From Thermodesulfobacteriota bacterium (GTDB lineage: Bacteria; Desulfobacterota_D; UBA1144): 64,000 nucleotides of DNA. The notes beneath the pieces were generated by a model that saw only the letters and a program-made list of their open reading frames with translations, was not told the origin of the DNA and did not search any database. A program made the position numbers and the translations under genes. Positions 60,828 to 64,000 of this stretch are shown piece by piece. Positions within the stretch are counted from its first letter, which is position 1. Each line of letters begins with the position of its first letter. The DNA is taken from NCBI GenBank assembly GCA_036340075.1, contig JAYYZJ010000003.1, positions 64,001 to 128,000 of the forward strand, written 5' to 3'.

Positions 60828-61892
60828 ATGACAAAGAACAACAAAACACTTGCAGCAATAAGAAAAAACATTGACCTGGTAGACAACCAAATATTAAAAC
60901 TTTTACTAAAAAGATCTCTGCTTGCCCAGCAAACCACCGGCCTTAAGGGGGATGTGGTGTTTGACCCAAAAAGAGAAAGCGAAATACTCAACAAAATAAA
61001 GTCCGCCAACAAAGGTCCGATATCAACCAACAGCTTGCAACAAATATACAAAGAAATCCTCTCGGCGTGCAGAGAAGTACAACAGCCCCTTCTCGTGTCT
61101 TATTTGGGACCACAGGGAAGCAATACAAACGAGGCAACCATTAAACTTTTTGGCGAATCGACAACCCTAATGCCCCAAGGCTCTATATCCGATGTTTTTG
61201 CCTCTGTGGAGAAACAAGAAACCAACTTCGGCGTGGTTCCAATTGAAAATTCGCTTGAGGGACCCATAGGTGAAACCCTAGATCGCTTAACCGACAGCAC
61301 GGTAGTTGTCTGTTCTGAAATTTCGCAAAACATAGAACACTGTTTGTTGTCGAAAGAGAAAAATCTAAAAAAAATTACCAAAATAATTTCGCACCCACAA
61401 GCATTGGCCCAAAGCAAAAAATGGATTCAGCGAAACCTGCCAGAGGCCCAAGAAGTGGAGGCGCCGAGCACATCAGGAGCAGCAATATTGGCAAGAAAAA
61501 CTAAAAATAGCGCCGCAATCTCTCCAAAAGGCTGCGCAAAAATATATTCACTAAATTTATTAAAAAAGAACATACAAGACGAAAAAAACAACACAACTAT
61601 TTTTATTTTAATAACCAAAGAAACGGAAAAGCCAACACTAGCATCAGCCCAAAAAGTTTCAGTTGCTTTTTCTTTGGACCACAAACCCGGAACGCTTTAT
61701 GAATGCCTCCAACCTTTCAGAAATGCAAAAATTAATTTAACCAAAATACAATCTAGACCATCCCGTAAGCTCCAATGGGACTATTTGTTTTTTATAGATT
61801 TCGTAGTAAGGGGAAAACAAAAAGAGGCGGCTCGTTGCATTGAGAAATTACAAAAAACAACTTCCTACTTTAAAATTTTAGGAGCATTTTAG
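60828..61892 (+). CDS. pheA: Chorismate mutase / prephenate dehydratase (P-protein)
   Basis: R..ID..D..IL.LL..R (chorismate mutase), YLGP.G, VPIENS.EG, SHPQALAQ, and ACT domain NLTKI.SRP. Confidence 0.93.
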   Translation: MTKNNKTLAAIRKNIDLVDNQILKLLLKRSLLAQQTTGLKGDVVFDPKRESEILNKIKSANKGPISTNSLQQIYKEILSACREVQQPLLVSYLGPQGSNTNEATIKLFGESTTLMPQGSISDVFASVEKQETNFGVVPIENSLEGPIGETLDRLTDSTVVVCSEISQNIEHCLLSKEKNLKKITKIISHPQALAQSKKWIQRNLPEAQEVEAPSTSGAAILARKTKNSAAISPKGCAKIYSLNLLKKNIQDEKNNTTIFILITKETEKPTLASAQKVSVAFSLDHKPGTLYECLQPFRNAKINLTKIQSRPSRKLQWDYLFFIDFVVRGKQKEAARCIEKLQKTTSYFKILGAF

Positions 61893-61894
61893 AA

Positions 61895-62977
61895 ATGCCT
61901 TCGGAATCTGAACGCATTAAAAATCTGCCAACATATGTTCCAGGAAAGCCAGTAGAAGAGCTACAAAGAGAGCTCGGACTAGAAAGAATAATTAAGTTAG
62001 CGTCTAACGAAAACCCGCATGGACCATCTCCGAAGGTTGTTGAAGCAATAAAAAATCAGGCCCCACAAGTAGGTCTTTACCCTGATGGAAATTGTTTTTA
62101 TTTGAAACAAAAAATATCAATACACGAAGAAGTTTTGCCAAACGAAATTACTGTTGGAAACGGTTCAAACGAACTGCTCGAGCTTATATCACACGCATAT
62201 TTAAGCAAAGAGGACGAAGCAATTATGGGAGAGTATTGTTTCATTGTTTACCCTATTGTTTCTACCCTTGCTCGGGCAACCATAGTTAGAAGCAAGATGC
62301 CCAACATGTCTCACGACTTAGATGACATGGCAAACAAGATTAATTCAAAAACAAAAGTCGTCTTCCTTGCGAACCCAAATAACCCAACTGGAAGCAAGGT
62401 TCAGCGCGGAGAACTTGAAAGCTTTATAAAAGAAATACCCAAACAAACCGTTGTAGTCATAGATGAAGCATATTGTCAGTACGTGAAGGAAGTCGACCGA
62501 CTTAAGCCCTCAGAAATTATAAAAGAACATAAGAATCTAATTATATTAAAGACTTTTTCAAAAGCCTATGGTCTTGCTGGACTACGTATCGGCTATTGTG
62601 TTGCAGACAAAGCACTAATAGACTCAATAAACAGAGCGCGCGAGCCCTTTAATGTAAACTCCATAGCCCAAATCGCAGCGATTGAGGCATTGGGAGACCA
62701 AGAGTATATAGGCGAATGTATAAAAAACAACCAAGAAGGAATGGTTTATTTAAAGTCCGAACTAAACAAGCTTTCAATTAAATATTACCCCTCATACGCC
62801 AACTTTCTGTTGCTGGAGTTTAAAGCTGAGGCCAGAATAATTTACGAAGAGCTTCTAAAAAGAGGGGTAATTGTTAGGCCCCTAGAGGAGTACGGCATGA
62901 AGAACCACCTGCGTGTTACAATTGGAACGACAGAGGAAAACAAGCTTTTCGTGCAAGCCCTAAAGGAATCAGTTTGA
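61895..62977 (+). CDS. hisC: Histidinol-phosphate aminotransferase
   Basis: YVPGKP, KLASNENP, GNGS.E, NPNNPTG, DEAY and TFSKAYGLAGLRIGY motifs. Confidence 0.93.
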   Translation: MPSESERIKNLPTYVPGKPVEELQRELGLERIIKLASNENPHGPSPKVVEAIKNQAPQVGLYPDGNCFYLKQKISIHEEVLPNEITVGNGSNELLELISHAYLSKEDEAIMGEYCFIVYPIVSTLARATIVRSKMPNMSHDLDDMANKINSKTKVVFLANPNNPTGSKVQRGELESFIKEIPKQTVVVIDEAYCQYVKEVDRLKPSEIIKEHKNLIILKTFSKAYGLAGLRIGYCVADKALIDSINRAREPFNVNSIAQIAAIEALGDQEYIGECIKNNQEGMVYLKSELNKLSIKYYPSYANFLLLEFKAEARIIYEELLKRGVIVRPLEEYGMKNHLRVTIGTTEENKLFVQALKESV

Positions 62978-63834
62978 TGAACAAAGACAAAATAGGAACC
63001 ATAATGATAGTGGGGTTGGGACATATAGGAGGATCCCTGTCGCTTGCAATTAAAAAAACTTACAAAGACAAAGTAAAAATAATAGGCGTAGACAGAAACA
63101 AAAAAACACTGTTGCAAGCAAAAAAAACAAAAAAGTTCGCTGCGCTTCTTTCCGCTCCAAGGGCCAAAGAAGTCGAAGCCAGCGATGTTATTTTTTTGTG
63201 CGTAAGCATAAAACAAATTCCAACAATATTAAAAAGCTTATCTAAAACGAAATTAAAACAAAACGCAGTAGTAACAGATGTGGTTAGCACAAAAGAAGAA
63301 ATACTAAGCCTTGCTAAAAAGTTCTTGCCGAAAAAAACAACTTTTGTTGGTGGCCACCCAATAGCAGGATCAGAGGCAAGCGGCTTTCTCAGCGCCAACC
63401 CCAAGCTTTTTGAAAAAAAGATATTTATTGCCGCAGGCGCAAAAGGAAGAAGGGACGGAATTTTAAAAATAAAGTCAATATGGAAAGGGGTTGGGAGCAA
63501 GGTTGTCAATATGTCTCCCAAAGAACATGACAAAATCTTTTCATTGTTAAGCCACACACCTCATGTTTTGTCTTTTGGTCTCGGAAAAATTACGAATTCT
63601 AAATTATCAAAAAAGGAAATTGATGGTTATGCTGGCACCAGCTATAAAGATTTAACAAGAATTTCTTCAAGCTCAACCAGCCTTTGGGCAGAGATTTTTA
63701 TGTCAAACAAAAAGAACCTTTTGGCTGACATAGCCTTATTCAAAAGGTATTTGGTTGACCTTGAGAAAGCCATTAGAAAAAACAATAATCGACAGATTAT
63801 AAAGGCAATTAATCAGACAACCCGAAAGCCTTGA
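62974..63834 (+). CDS. tyrA: Prephenate/arogenate dehydrogenase
   Basis: VGLG.IGGS, TD..S.K, GGHP.AGSE.SG, EHD.....SH.PH and D.TRI motifs. Confidence 0.9.
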   Translation: MMNKDKIGTIMIVGLGHIGGSLSLAIKKTYKDKVKIIGVDRNKKTLLQAKKTKKFAALLSAPRAKEVEASDVIFLCVSIKQIPTILKSLSKTKLKQNAVVTDVVSTKEEILSLAKKFLPKKTTFVGGHPIAGSEASGFLSANPKLFEKKIFIAAGAKGRRDGILKIKSIWKGVGSKVVNMSPKEHDKIFSLLSHTPHVLSFGLGKITNSKLSKKEIDGYAGTSYKDLTRISSSSTSLWAEIFMSNKKNLLADIALFKRYLVDLEKAIRKNNNRQIIKAINQTTRKP

Positions 63835-63899
63835 TTTTTAAGGCAGGCTACTTAATATTTATTTACGCGTTAAAGAATTTCACGGAAGTGGTTTAATTA

Positions 63900-64000
63900 A
63901 TGAAAGAAGCTATTTTGACATTGTTAGTTGTGTTCGCATTCCTTTTTTTACTCAGGAACGTTTTTGGTTTTTTTAAAATAATGTTGTCCGCCAAAAGACC
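63900..64000 (+). CDS. Partial ORF with a hydrophobic N-terminus, cut by the window edge
   Basis: MKEAILTLLVVFAFLFLLRNVFGFFKIMLSAKR..., open to the end of the window; possible TTGATT-16 nt-TAATAT promoter at 63831-63858. Confidence 0.45.
   Translation, partial: MKEAILTLLVVFAFLFLLRNVFGFFKIMLSAKR

Noticed and set aside
287..63557. Numerous 60-190 aa ORFs antisense to or nested in the genes above (for example 14194-14769, 27573-28004, 63060-63557)
   Set aside because: They shadow well-supported genes, lack recognisable motifs and have the composition expected of antisense frames.

Overview
A 64-kb, very gene-dense, AT-rich (about 30-38% GC by eye) bacterial chromosome segment made mostly of housekeeping genes. 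I found no phage, transposon or CRISPR features. It contains about 56 CDS, two tRNA genes without encoded CCA (Val-GAC, and a CAT tRNA that is elongator Met or Ile2), and the probable replication origin: DnaA boxes upstream of dnaA, and DnaA-trio-like TAG repeats plus an AT-rich unwinding element between dnaA and dnaN. Gene order (mfd-surA, serA-hisZ-purA, yggS-proC-yggT-yggU, prmC-murA-hisG, pheA-hisC-tyrA) is deltaproteobacteria-like. With the streamlining and the F420 genes (cofC, npdG), this fits a streamlined marine lineage such as Ca. Dadabacteria, which is inference only. The most interesting signals are five. (1) A locus at 21.2-26.9 kb encodes a mesaconyl-CoA-hydratase-like double hotdog protein and a CoA ligase, convergent on rhodanese, a U-type Fe-S/sulfur carrier and an uncharacterised SagB/nitroreductase-fold protein. 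(2) A TAnnnT -10 box sits 6-7 nt before many SD-less start codons, suggesting widespread leaderless mRNAs. (3) The origin has a 10-bp-phased TGTTR array, and strand composition switches there in the direction opposite to the textbook skew. (4) The korA leader has a GNRA hairpin with an alternative pairing next to the start codon. (5) infC starts with ATA, and tRNA-Val lies 9 nt upstream of thrS. All calls come from motif recognition by eye; no searches were run.
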